Sequence record: PP430346
Strand: one strand, 5' to 3'
DNA from: Escherichia phage vB_EcoM-LTH02
Length of the DNA: 64,000 bases
Below, in pieces: positions 9,345 through 17,492 of this stretch. Made by a program: the position numbers and the translations under genes. The notes beneath the pieces were generated by a model, which was not told where the DNA came from, made no database searches, and worked only from the letters and a program-made list of their open reading frames with translations. The stretch's first letter is position 1, and each line of letters opens with the position of its first letter.

Positions 9345-9926
9345 TCAAGAGTATTTTTTAGGCAGTAATGCGCTACGCTTGTTGCTCTCTTCACTCAACA
9401 GTGCGATGAAGTCGTCACCTTTGCCTTTCCACGGGCTGAATGAAGGGATATGTTCACGAATAGCTTCAATCACTGTCTTCAGTGCTGTATTTTTCATCCA
9501 CCAGTCAGAATCTGCTGATGCTACAACATAGTACCCGCCATCATCAGTAAGGATTGGCTCTGAGATACATGGTGAAATAAGAGTGGTGATGATTGAGCCA
9601 TTGTTCATGTAGTATGTGCGTTTCATAACCTTTTCAAGAAGCTTGTGAAGGTCACCAAACAGTGTTACAAGCTCTTTATGGTCAATGTCTTTTTCGAGAT
9701 TTGCTCGATACTTCAAAAGTGCAGCATCAACTTCTCTGTCATTAAACTTGAAGTACTGGACTTCCTCAACAAGACAAACACTGATGTTGTTGACATTCAT
9801 AGTCAACTTGCAGACTTTTGCAGGAGAATTGATATTTGGTTGAAAAAGTGCAATACACCCTTCAATGTTTCCAAAATGTTGTACTAATGTCACTTGTGGA
9901 GTGATACTCTGTTGCTCTTCGGACAT
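9345..9926 (-). CDS. hypothetical protein (193 aa)
   Basis: ORF track; ATG start. Confidence 0.5.
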   Translation of the reverse strand: MSEEQQSITPQVTLVQHFGNIEGCIALFQPNINSPAKVCKLTMNVNNISVCLVEEVQYFKFNDREVDAALLKYRANLEKDIDHKELVTLFGDLHKLLEKVMKRTYYMNNGSIITTLISPCISEPILTDDGGYYVVASADSDWWMKNTALKTVIEAIREHIPSFSPWKGKGDDFIALLSEESNKRSALLPKKYS

Positions 9927-10270
9927 TACAGTTTCCTCATTAAATACTTTTTAAGTTGTGTGTTAGGTTTCTCAAAAACTTCTATAGAAGATATCTTGAC
10001 AGATTCACCACGCATACCTGTATGTTTGAAAATATAGTACTCCAACATACCTATATACTTTGCTGGTAAGTCATGCTTGACATACACCGTTACAGAATCT
10101 TCAAATTCAACAACCTTTGTACCATCTTTGTAGTTAAACTCTTTAGGATGGTCGTAGTTGTCGATATCATACATTAAAAAGAGTCTTTTCCGTTGCATAT
10201 CAAGCTTATTGGTTAAAGACTCTTTGATGTCTGAGAAGTTTTTGTACACTGTGACATGGAGCTTACTCAT
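9926..10270 (-). CDS. hypothetical protein (114 aa)
   Basis: ORF track; start overlaps the downstream gene. Confidence 0.5.
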   Translation of the reverse strand: MSKLHVTVYKNFSDIKESLTNKLDMQRKRLFLMYDIDNYDHPKEFNYKDGTKVVEFEDSVTVYVKHDLPAKYIGMLEYYIFKHTGMRGESVKISSIEVFEKPNTQLKKYLMRKL

Positions 10271-10556
10271 CGTTAAACTCTCTGACGAAGAAATAGTTGA
10301 CTTTATTATTGCCTACCATAAGGTCAAAGCAGGTATTCTCAAAAGGTTTGTTGTAGGCATCATATGAAGTGTACGTATCAGCTACTTGTTTAGTATTGAG
10401 CTTTTTACTTGATGGATTTAAGAGGCCACCATACAGTTTCTTTATAGCCTCTTCTACAACAGACCAGATAATTTCGTCAGTAATTTCTTCGTACAGGTCA
10501 AGTTCACGCTCTAGTGAGAAGTCACAAATAGGGAAAATAACCTGTACTTTACTCAT
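10263..10556 (-). CDS. hypothetical protein (97 aa)
   Basis: ORF track. Confidence 0.45.
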   Translation of the reverse strand: MSKVQVIFPICDFSLERELDLYEEITDEIIWSVVEEAIKKLYGGLLNPSSKKLNTKQVADTYTSYDAYNKPFENTCFDLMVGNNKVNYFFVREFNDE

Positions 10557-10951
10557 TAACGAATAACCTGTGAGACTTGAATTGCTTCAGTTACAGACAA
10601 ATCACCAACTTTCTCTTCTTTGATAAAAGTGAAGGTGAGTTCAACAGGCTCTTGCTCTTCTTGCTCAACCGGAATACCGTTAAGCTCATCAAAGATTGAT
10701 TGGGTAGTCCAGTCTTCCCCACCATCTGGATAGTGGATGGCATAAAGAGGGAACTCTAAATTATACCAAGCAAAAACAGGGCAACCATCTGCATCATCTC
10801 GGCATCTGTGGAGATATGTGTTTGTACCTTCAAAATGCAAATGGAGATTACCATTCTTCTCAAAGAGAAGAGCATCTTGCAGGTCTAGTTCCTCATTTTC
10901 GCTGTAACGGCTGACATCGACTTTAACGTGAATATGACTGTTATTATTCAT
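10556..10951 (-). CDS. hypothetical protein (131 aa)
   Basis: ORF track. Confidence 0.5.
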   Translation of the reverse strand: MNNNSHIHVKVDVSRYSENEELDLQDALLFEKNGNLHLHFEGTNTYLHRCRDDADGCPVFAWYNLEFPLYAIHYPDGGEDWTTQSIFDELNGIPVEQEEQEPVELTFTFIKEEKVGDLSVTEAIQVSQVIR

Positions 10952-11342
10952 AAAAACCTCTCTCTGCTTGTTCGATTTTTGCTTTTAGAACTTCACACCG
11001 TTCAATGTGATATCTGGCTTCATGTTCATGTGTCGCCAAAGTTCTTTCAAGAATGGTTTTATAGTAACCTGCAAGTTGCTCTCTTGTCAATGGGTTCTCT
11101 GAAATAATATCGAGACCACTTTCACCAAGAGTATTAAACTGCCCATGTTCATTTACATGATAAGTCTCAAACTTGAATAAACCGTTATTAGCAGATTCAA
11201 TAGGCGATAGTTCAACCAACTCAACAGTGAACATTGTGTGCACCCTATCACCAACTGTAACAATGTTACTTCCAATGATGCGTACAAGCGAACCATTACG
11301 AGTGTACTTAAAAGTCCCAAAGTCACTAGCCCAAAGCTTCAT
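10944..11342 (-). CDS. hypothetical protein (132 aa)
   Basis: ORF track; strong SD TAAGGAGAAAACT upstream of ATG. Confidence 0.55.
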   Translation of the reverse strand: MKLWASDFGTFKYTRNGSLVRIIGSNIVTVGDRVHTMFTVELVELSPIESANNGLFKFETYHVNEHGQFNTLGESGLDIISENPLTREQLAGYYKTILERTLATHEHEARYHIERCEVLKAKIEQAERGFYE

Positions 11343-11361
11343 AGTTTTCTCCTTAGAAAAT

Positions 11362-11383
11362 AAAAAAGGCTCCCGAAGGAGCC
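11362..11383 (-). terminator. intrinsic terminator downstream of the endolysin gene
   Basis: Hairpin GGCTCC-CGAA-GGAGCC followed on the minus strand by TTTTTT. Confidence 0.55.
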
Positions 11384-11393
11384 TATGAAGATA

Positions 11394-11858
11394 TTACTTT
11401 GGATATACACTGTCAAGATAAATGCCAGCTTCCATTCTACGTCTGTTTTTCAGGCCGTTTGAAGTGACCTTCTTACCTTTGACTGTGACCTTGTTCCACC
11501 ACTGCATAGCTTCTGCACAACCTACCTTGTTACCAGCATTGTGGCGCTTGATAAATGTAGAATCCTGCATAGCTGTGATACCGATGTTGTATGTTTCACT
11601 TACAAGTGCATCGAACTCGTTCTGAGAAGTTGGAACCTTGATAGCTTTATTCACTGCTGCAACGAACTTCTCAACATCTGCAAGAAGATACTGTTCAGCT
11701 TGTTCAGCAGTAATTTTCATACCCATCTTAACAGTTTTTCCGTCAATACGGATTGTACCATACCCGATTGTCGGGATTCCGGCAGAGTCTTCGTAAGCCT
11801 CTAACTTCAGACCTTCGAAGAACTTAATAGCTTCTAAACCTTTTCTTGAGAGTTGCAT
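11394..11858 (-). CDS. endolysin, T4-lysozyme-like muramidase (GH24)
   Basis: Catalytic-region signature EGLKLEAYEDSAGIPTIGYGT matches the Glu...Asp...TIGYG pattern of T4 e-type lysozymes; ATG overlaps stop of upstream gene (TAATG). Confidence 0.85.
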   Translation of the reverse strand: MQLSRKGLEAIKFFEGLKLEAYEDSAGIPTIGYGTIRIDGKTVKMGMKITAEQAEQYLLADVEKFVAAVNKAIKVPTSQNEFDALVSETYNIGITAMQDSTFIKRHNAGNKVGCAEAMQWWNKVTVKGKKVTSNGLKNRRRMEAGIYLDSVYPK

Positions 11859-12991
11859 TATGCCTCCCCTGCTGGGTTAACTGTAACTGTTGCCGCATTA
11901 GATGTTACAGAGCCACCTGCACCAGTAACTACACAGGTGTAGCTTCCTGCGTCAGCAGTGGTTGCACCTTCTTTGGTGTAAGTTGCAGCAGTTGCGTCTA
12001 GGATGTCTTCCTCACCCTTCTTCCACTGATAACCTGTCGCACCAGTAGCCACAACATTCAGCGTTAAGGTCTCACCTTCAGTGATTTCTTGATTGGTTGG
12101 CTGCTGAGTGATAACTGGCAAAGCATTTACCGTGATTGTTGCAGGGTTAGAAGTAACAGAACCTCCAGCACCAGTTACAACACAAGTATATGAGCCTGCA
12201 TCTGCTGGCAGTGCACCAGACTTGCTATAGGTAGCATTTGTAGCTGAAGGGATGTCAGAGCCATCTTTCTTCCACTGGTAACCTGTTGCACCTGTTGCAG
12301 TCACTGATAGACTGATGTTTCCACCTTCATTAATGGTCTGGCTAGAAGGTTGCTGTGTAATCACAGGCAGTGCGTTAACAGTAACCGTTGCTGCATCTGA
12401 GGTGACACTTGTTCCACCCTCTCCAGATACAACACAAGTGTATGAACCAGCATCAGAAGGTGCTACGGATTGTTTTGTGTAAGTTGCAGAAGTGGCACTG
12501 GGGATGTCCTCACCATCCTTCTTCCACTGATATCCAGTGGCGTTAGTTGCTAGAACACTTAAAGTAAGTGTGCCACCCTCATTGACTGTTTGGCCTGTTG
12601 GTTGCTGAGTAATTGCTGGTGGCTTAATAGCATCCTTCAGCTTAGCATTCAACATTGAGAACGGCTTAACTCTTGCCAACCATTCACAATACACTGTGTC
12701 AACGTCTTTACCATTGATGATTGCATACTGTAAATCCATGAAGAAATCAGCAGTCCTCATCTGTGCACCAACACTGTAAAGGAGTTCATCACTAAAAGGA
12801 ACTTTGTAGTCTGGTTTGTAGTCAAACTTCGCAACCTCTGCAATATCAGCTTCAGGCCAATATGAGCTATAGGTTAGCGGTAAAATAGCTTCTTGATATG
12901 TTCTAAAATCATATCTCTTACCAGCCTTTACATTTGCAACGAAACCTTTTACAAATTCTTTGAAGTCTGGGTAAGTCTTTGCTTTAATCAT
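11858..12991 (-). CDS. protein with N-terminal domain plus three tandem Ig-like (I-set-like) domains
   Basis: Three roughly 80-aa repeats each with P.ITQQP...EG..L.V.ATGATGYQWKK.G.DI..AT.ATY.K...DAGSYTCVV.G.GGSVTS..AT.TVN; matching roughly 255-bp DNA repeats at about 12010, 12266, 12518. Confidence 0.7.
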   Translation of the reverse strand: MIKAKTYPDFKEFVKGFVANVKAGKRYDFRTYQEAILPLTYSSYWPEADIAEVAKFDYKPDYKVPFSDELLYSVGAQMRTADFFMDLQYAIINGKDVDTVYCEWLARVKPFSMLNAKLKDAIKPPAITQQPTGQTVNEGGTLTLSVLATNATGYQWKKDGEDIPSATSATYTKQSVAPSDAGSYTCVVSGEGGTSVTSDAATVTVNALPVITQQPSSQTINEGGNISLSVTATGATGYQWKKDGSDIPSATNATYSKSGALPADAGSYTCVVTGAGGSVTSNPATITVNALPVITQQPTNQEITEGETLTLNVVATGATGYQWKKGEEDILDATAATYTKEGATTADAGSYTCVVTGAGGSVTSNAATVTVNPAGEA

Positions 12992-13359
12992 TTCTTTTTA
13001 GCCTCTAAACGTGCGTTTAATCTAAAATAGCCTTTATGTTGTGGAGACACATCACTAACAACAATGCCTTCAACTTTATAACCCTTACCAATTACATACT
13101 GGATATCCATAAGAAACGTACCAAGCCCAACAATGTGGAACATTGGGTATAGCAACTTATCTGAATCTGGGAGTTTAATTTCTGGGTTATAGGTGGGTTG
13201 TTCGGCGGTTGGTGTAATATCCTCTTCAGGCCATTTACTCATTCTCCATGTTAAAGGTGATGCAATAACATCGTTAAGATTGTATCTTTCACCATTCTCC
13301 ACGGAGTGGATATAGGATTGTAGGAAGCAATAAAAGTCTTTTGCACTCTTAGCCTTCAT
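12988..13359 (-). CDS. paralog of the N-terminal domain of the Ig-like protein
   Basis: Shared motifs AK..DF..F......V..G.RY, WPE.DI, SD.LLY, F.MD.QY.I, LNA.L with the first about 130 aa of 11858..12991. Confidence 0.55.
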   Translation of the reverse strand: MKAKSAKDFYCFLQSYIHSVENGERYNLNDVIASPLTWRMSKWPEEDITPTAEQPTYNPEIKLPDSDKLLYPMFHIVGLGTFLMDIQYVIGKGYKVEGIVVSDVSPQHKGYFRLNARLEAKKK

Positions 13360-13406
13360 TAAATATCCTTATAAACAGATAAAGGGGCATCAGCCCCTGT
13401 TTATAC

Positions 13407-13997
13407 TTAAGCTTTGGTCTTAAGTAGGTTCTTAAGTTTTTTGAGATTCATGCTCTCGTCAAACTTAAAACCAAATCCATTGACATAATCAATGAACTCG
13501 GATTTCTTACTAAGTGATAGTGCGTAACTCATATCAAAGTTATTACTTGTTTCTGCGTCTGGACTAGAGTTCACATCAAATGAAATTTCTGTAGGCTCTT
13601 GCTTGCTACTTCTCATATTATCAATCAATAGACAGGTGTAGTTCGCTGGATAGAAGTTAACACTCCCATCAACATACCCATACTTATTATTGTGAATAAG
13701 GCTGGAAAATACCTTAAGAAATGTTTCTGAGTCGTGGCATACAAGTTTGAATTGACTGCATTCCCCAAGAGCCACTAAAGAGTAAGGGCTTTCACTATCA
13801 ATGTCATAGTTTGGATTTGATGTTGTAACCGTCACACGCATCAAGTTATTAGCGATAGTCTTCTGCTTGAAAGAATTTGGGACATAGTGAAGACCTCTAT
13901 CACACTGATTAACTAACTCTTTCAATAGGTCATTTGCATATGGTGAATTAATTGATACAGAGCCATCACTATTATAATTAAAACTTACTGTTAACAT
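13407..13997 (-). CDS. hypothetical protein (196 aa)
   Basis: ORF track; ATG start. Confidence 0.5.
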   Translation of the reverse strand: MLTVSFNYNSDGSVSINSPYANDLLKELVNQCDRGLHYVPNSFKQKTIANNLMRVTVTTSNPNYDIDSESPYSLVALGECSQFKLVCHDSETFLKVFSSLIHNNKYGYVDGSVNFYPANYTCLLIDNMRSSKQEPTEISFDVNSSPDAETSNNFDMSYALSLSKKSEFIDYVNGFGFKFDESMNLKKLKNLLKTKA

Positions 13998-14224
13998 TTT
14001 TCAGTTCTCCTGCGATTTATGATTTTGCTGCAATAGAGAAACGAAGTAAACTCACTGGAAGAAACCATTAAGTGTTGTTCACTAGATTGAGCCATTGCCC
14101 TGAAATACATTCCAGTCAAAGCATCGTAGTGACTATTCTTTCCAATTGAGGTTATATAGCCATGACTCTTTGCAGTTTTATATAAATCTATAATATCTGC
14201 GATTTCTAATTGGGAACTACACAT
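13991..14224 (-). CDS. hypothetical protein (77 aa)
   Basis: ORF track; ATG start. Confidence 0.4.
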   Translation of the reverse strand: MCSSQLEIADIIDLYKTAKSHGYITSIGKNSHYDALTGMYFRAMAQSSEQHLMVSSSEFTSFLYCSKIINRRRTEKC

Positions 14225-14466
14225 AGATAATCCTCTTGTCTTCTGTAATTTTGAAAGAACAGGTACAGACCAATTTCAGAGGATGAATAGTAGAGTAACT
14301 CTACCCTTTTTGATTCCTTACAGTGATTGGTATTTTTACCTTTCTTCGGGTTGTTTGATTTTCTCATTAAGTCTCCTTTGTAGAACAAGGCAGACCTACA
14401 GCTTTAAGTAAGATGGTACAGTAATCCATACAACAAGTCAAGAACTATTGCAAGTTAAAAAAGTTG

Positions 14467-14490
14467 TTGACAAAGTACTTGACAAGGTGT
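14467..14490 (+). promoter_or_regulatory. conserved tandem-TTGACA motif TTGACAAAGTACTTGACAAGGTGT (copy 1)
   Basis: 23 of 24 identical to 56431-56454; both copies sit at minus-to-plus strand-switch regions 120-170 nt upstream of the first plus gene; TATAAATA at 14496-14503. Confidence 0.5.
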
Positions 14491-14616
14491 AGGCTTATAA
14501 ATACTTAGAAGATAACTTAAAAGGTTCCTCTAAAAAGGCTATTTAAACAGATATCTTTCTGGATATCTATCTTTTATCTTAAAAGCCTTTTAAGAGGTCT
14601 TATAAGAGGCATACCA

Positions 14617-14988
14617 ATGAAAAACAGAACAAACAAAGGCCAGTTTAAAAAAGGCCAGTCTGGAAACCCATCTGGAAGACCAAAAGGCTCTCGTAACAAA
14701 AGCTCACTCGTAAAAGCTCAACTGACCATTGATAATTCTGCTGAGTTCGCTGCAAAGCTGTTTGAGGCGATTGTTACAAGGGACGCGGCTAAGCTTGCAG
14801 AGTTCGGGTTAAACACAGATGACGTAACCATCAAGAGTATGATTGAGGTCGGTAAAACTATCTTTACTCACTCAGCAGGTGAGATGAAAGCACTTGCAGC
14901 AGACACTAAGAAGGCTCCTGATAATGGTGGTCAACAACAGACAGATAACAAACCAACGTTCTCTGCTGTAGCGACTCTCAAAAAATAA
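14617..14988 (+). CDS. hypothetical protein with N-terminal basic motif GQSGNPSGRPKGSRNK
   Basis: ORF track; SD AAGAGG 8 nt upstream of ATG. Confidence 0.55.
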   Translation: MKNRTNKGQFKKGQSGNPSGRPKGSRNKSSLVKAQLTIDNSAEFAAKLFEAIVTRDAAKLAEFGLNTDDVTIKSMIEVGKTIFTHSAGEMKALAADTKKAPDNGGQQQTDNKPTFSAVATLKK

Positions 14989-15000
14989 TTTTAAAAGGTG

Positions 15001-15035
15001 TTGACAGACTCTACAAAGTTGCTCTAAAGTCTGTC
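15001..15035 (+). promoter_or_regulatory. promoter (TTGACA-17/18-TAAAGT) overlapped by an 8-bp palindrome
   Basis: TTGACA 15001-15006; inverted repeat GACAGACT (15003-15010) / AGTCTGTC (15028-15035) could be an operator. Confidence 0.45.
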
Positions 15036-15069
15036 ACATCAAACAACAAATGAGAGAAGAGAGTAAAAT

Positions 15070-16485
15070 ATGAGCGAGTTATTTAAACATGCGCACCTTC
15101 ATGCAGGTCGAACTGAAAATGGTGCTGTAAACCATACTTCATCAATGTCTGCTCTGGTAGACTTCTACAAAGCCGCTGGCTCAAGCCGTAGTAATGTAGA
15201 AATCTTACCAGACCTGTTCTACAAAGCTTTGCGTGAGGATGTTGATGTTGCAGTTCGTATTTTACTGCATATGCGAGATGTACGAGAAGGTATGGGTGAG
15301 CGTAAAGCTTTCCGAACTGTTTTACTTCAAGCGATTGAAGATAAGTTTTTAGAGCCTACACAGGTTCTTCGCATTATGGATAAGATTGTAGAACTTGGTC
15401 GTTTTGATGACTTCAAAATCTTCATAGGTACTCGTTTTGAGACAGATGCCTTCAAACATTTAGAAGCAGCATTACTAGACCCTGCAACAGCAGGTTTAGC
15501 AGCTAAGTGGTTACCACGAGTAAAACCACGCCACAAACAGTTTGTAAAACGTTTCTGTAAGTTTGCAAACTTAAGCGAGAAAGAGTACCGCACACTGTTA
15601 TCTGCACTGTCTGATACGGTTGAGCAAAAAATCTCTGCTAATGAGTTTGGTAAGATTGACTACAGCAAGATTCCTTCACTCGCTGCTGCACGTTACCAAA
15701 AGCTCTTTAACCGTAAAGATGGGGAACGTTACAAAGCTTATATCGAGTCACTCTCAAAAGGTGAGGCTAAGATTAACGCTGGTGCTGTTTACCCATACGA
15801 TGTGATTAAATCTATTAAGTATGGTAATGCAGATGTTGCTAATGAGCAGTGGAAAGCACTTCCAAACTGGATGGCAGAAGGTGAAAACATCTTGTGTATG
15901 ACTGATGTTTCAAGCTCAATGTCTTGGGTGAATCTTGGCTCAATTACTGCCCTTGATATTGGTGTATCACTTGCCTTATATGTAGCAGAACGCAATACAG
16001 GTTGCTTTAAAGATGAGTTAATGGTCTATTCAACAAACCCTCATTTCATTGAACTGAGTGGTGATTTACGAAACCGTCATCGTCAGGTAATGCGTCATGT
16101 TGAATATGGTTCAACTAACTTACAAGCAGCTTTTGACCGTATTCTTGAGATAGGTAAGAGAAACAACTTGACTCAGAAAGATATGCCAAGTAAGCTTATC
16201 ATCTTCTCCGATATGGAGTTCAATCAGGTTGATGGAGCTAACGGTCGTACAAACTTTGAAGCAATTCAGAGTAAGTACAAAAAAGCTGGATATGAGATGC
16301 CACAACTAGTATTCTGGTACTTAGCAAACCGTAATGGTACTTGCGAAGTGTCTGTTAAGGATAATGGTGTAGCAATGGTATCAGGGTTCTCTCCAGCCAC
16401 TTTAAAAGCTCTGCTTGGTGGTGAGAAGTTTGACCCAATCAGCGTAATGCTCAAAGCAGTAATGATTGACCGTTACATCTGGTAA
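15070..16485 (+). CDS. vWA-domain protein with MIDAS motif, possibly Ro60/TROVE-like
   Basis: 471 aa; MIDAS D-x-S-x-S in ILCMTDVSSSMS followed by a vWA-like C-terminal region; N-terminal helical region with TENGAV...SALVDFY; gene lies immediately upstream of the tRNA array. The vWA call is from sequence; the Ro60/TROVE assignment is from my memory of the family and its position, not a search. Confidence 0.55.
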   Translation: MSELFKHAHLHAGRTENGAVNHTSSMSALVDFYKAAGSSRSNVEILPDLFYKALREDVDVAVRILLHMRDVREGMGERKAFRTVLLQAIEDKFLEPTQVLRIMDKIVELGRFDDFKIFIGTRFETDAFKHLEAALLDPATAGLAAKWLPRVKPRHKQFVKRFCKFANLSEKEYRTLLSALSDTVEQKISANEFGKIDYSKIPSLAAARYQKLFNRKDGERYKAYIESLSKGEAKINAGAVYPYDVIKSIKYGNADVANEQWKALPNWMAEGENILCMTDVSSSMSWVNLGSITALDIGVSLALYVAERNTGCFKDELMVYSTNPHFIELSGDLRNRHRQVMRHVEYGSTNLQAAFDRILEIGKRNNLTQKDMPSKLIIFSDMEFNQVDGANGRTNFEAIQSKYKKAGYEMPQLVFWYLANRNGTCEVSVKDNGVAMVSGFSPATLKALLGGEKFDPISVMLKAVMIDRYIW

Positions 16486-16495
16486 AAAGTTTTAA

Positions 16496-16527
16496 AAAGG
16501 GTATTGACAATGTGTTTGATACCCTTT
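16496..16527 (+). promoter_or_regulatory. hairpin (AAAGGGTAT/ATACCCTTT) after the vWA gene with an embedded TTGACA
   Basis: 9-bp inverted repeat enclosing TTGACA at 16504-16509. Confidence 0.4.
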
Positions 16528-16594
16528 AATATGTTCTACATAGAAACGAAATGAGAGCTTTTCTAAGATACTGAAAAATATTTTAAAAAAGTTC

Positions 16595-16623
16595 TTGACA
16601 ACCACTAAAAAATAATGTTAAAG
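16595..16623 (+). promoter_or_regulatory. candidate promoter of the tRNA operon (TTGACA-17-TTAAAG)
   Basis: TTGACA 16595-16600, 17-nt spacer, weak -10 TTAAAG; first tRNA begins at 16651; flanked by inverted repeat AACCACT/AGTGGTT. Confidence 0.45.
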
Positions 16624-16650
16624 TGGTTACATAGAGTTTGAAAAGTTTAT

Positions 16651-16727
16651 CTCTGTTTAGCTCAGCTTGGTAGAGCGTTCCGTTTGGGGCGGTAAGGCCG
16701 GAGGTTCAAGTCCTCCAACAGAGACCA
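16651..16727 (+). tRNA. tRNA-Pro (anticodon TGG)
   Basis: Cloverleaf by eye: acceptor CTCTGTT/AACAGAG, D GCTC..GAGC, anticodon loop TTTGGGG, T-arm GGAGG-TTCAAGT-CCTCC, CCA encoded. Confidence 0.75.
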
Positions 16728-16734
16728 AATTAAT

Positions 16735-16812
16735 GTTCCAGTAGACAAAATGGTAAAGTCACCACTCTTTCAAAGTGGATATTTGAGGGTTCAAATCCCT
16801 TCTGGAACGCCA
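16735..16812 (+). tRNA. tRNA-Glu (anticodon TTC)
   Basis: Acceptor GTTCCAG/CTGGAAC, anticodon stem CCACT/AGTGG with loop CTTTCAA, T-loop TTCAAAT, CCA encoded. Confidence 0.75.
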
Positions 16813-16819
16813 GTTTTGA

Positions 16820-16892
16820 CAGAAGACCAATTGCAGCAAACTTAATCTTATTCATCTGACACGAAATCGGACAAAGAAGAGATTTGGTCTGG
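16820..16892 (+). ncRNA. structured element of the AGACC/GGTCT stem family (a)
   Basis: 5' CAGAAGACCAA-TTGCAGCAA ... TTGGTCTGG 3'; terminal 7-bp stem AGACCAA/TTGGTCT; lies between tRNA-Glu and tRNA-Met. Confidence 0.45.
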
Positions 16893-16903
16893 TCATTAAG
16901 AAT

Positions 16904-16980
16904 TGCGGGTATAGAGAAAGGGCGTCTCACATGTCTCATTAGCATGGTATCGGCAGGTTCGACTCCTGCACCCGCCTCCA
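16904..16980 (+). tRNA. tRNA-Met-like (anticodon CAT), irregular
   Basis: Anticodon stem CATGT/GCATG with loop CTCATTA, D-stem GAGA/TCTC, T-arm GCAGG-TTCGACT-CCTGC, 3' ACCCGCC-T-CCA; the acceptor pairs only with a T1/C72 mismatch or an extra nucleotide before the D-stem. Confidence 0.5.
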
Positions 16981-16986
16981 ATTTTG

Positions 16987-17046
16987 CAGAAGACCGTATT
17001 CAGCAACAAACTACTTTTTGCGGATAAAAGAAAAAACACGGTCTGG
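16987..17046 (+). ncRNA. structured element of the AGACC/GGTCT stem family (b)
   Basis: CAGAAGACCG-TATTCAGCAA ... CGGTCTGG; stem uses CG where elements a and c use CAA/TTG (compensatory change). Confidence 0.45.
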
Positions 17047-17057
17047 CAATGTATTAA

Positions 17058-17134
17058 GGTTAGGAAGCACATAAGGTATGTGCGGTCGCCTGTTAAGCGA
17101 ATGGCACAGGGTTCGAATCCCTGACTAACCGCCA
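17058..17134 (+). tRNA. tRNA-Asn (anticodon GTT)
   Basis: Acceptor GGTTAGG/ACTAACC, D GCAC..GTGC, loop CTGTTAA, T-arm CAGGG-TTCGAAT-CCCTG, G-CCA. Confidence 0.75.
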
Positions 17135-17143
17135 AATTTAAAT

Positions 17144-17231
17144 GTGTCGTTATCCCGTAGATGGTAGCGGTGGGGACTGTAAATCCCTTGTCATTGAGAC
17201 TCGGTAGGTTCGACTCCTACACGGCACACCA
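17144..17231 (+). tRNA. tRNA-Tyr (anticodon GTA), class II
   Basis: Acceptor GTGTCGT/ACGGCAC, loop CTGTAAA, long variable arm, T-arm GTAGG-TTCGACT-CCTAC, A-CCA. Confidence 0.7.
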
Positions 17232-17237
17232 AATAAA

Positions 17238-17315
17238 GGTTATGTAGTTTAATCTGGTTAAAATACTCCCCTGTCACGGGAGATGATGAGGGTTCAAATC
17301 CCTTCGTAACCGCCA
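17238..17315 (+). tRNA. tRNA-Asp (anticodon GTC)
   Basis: Acceptor GGTTATG/CGTAACC, anticodon stem CTCCC/GGGAG with loop CTGTCAC, T-loop TTCAAAT, G-CCA. Confidence 0.75.
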
Positions 17316-17402
17316 AATTATAATAAGTATTTCAAGATGATGTTTTGAGAGGGCTATTTAGCCCCTCCCTTAAAGAGTTCTTACGAGTATTCTTTAAAGG
17401 AG

Positions 17403-17479
17403 CAGAAGACCAAATTCAGCAAGTACGTATGATATTTTCAAGCCAATTTAATTTTGAAAAAATTTAAAACTTGGTCTGG
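17403..17479 (+). ncRNA. structured element of the AGACC/GGTCT stem family (c)
   Basis: CAGAAGACCAA-ATTCAGCAAG ... TTGGTCTGG; internal hairpin TTTTCAA...TTGAAAA. Confidence 0.45.
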
Positions 17480-17492
17480 CTCAACAAATTTA

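Noticed and set aside
14206-14388. ORF-track call 14206..14388 (60 aa, minus strand)
   Set aside because: Overlaps the start region of 13991..14224, has no clear RBS and a low-complexity product; left unannotated.
16904-16980. Initiator tRNA-fMet, suggested by a possible 1-72 mismatch and CAT anticodon
   Set aside because: The anticodon stem (CATGT/GCATG) lacks the three consecutive G-C pairs typical of bacterial initiators; the mismatch may be an artefact of an ambiguous acceptor register.
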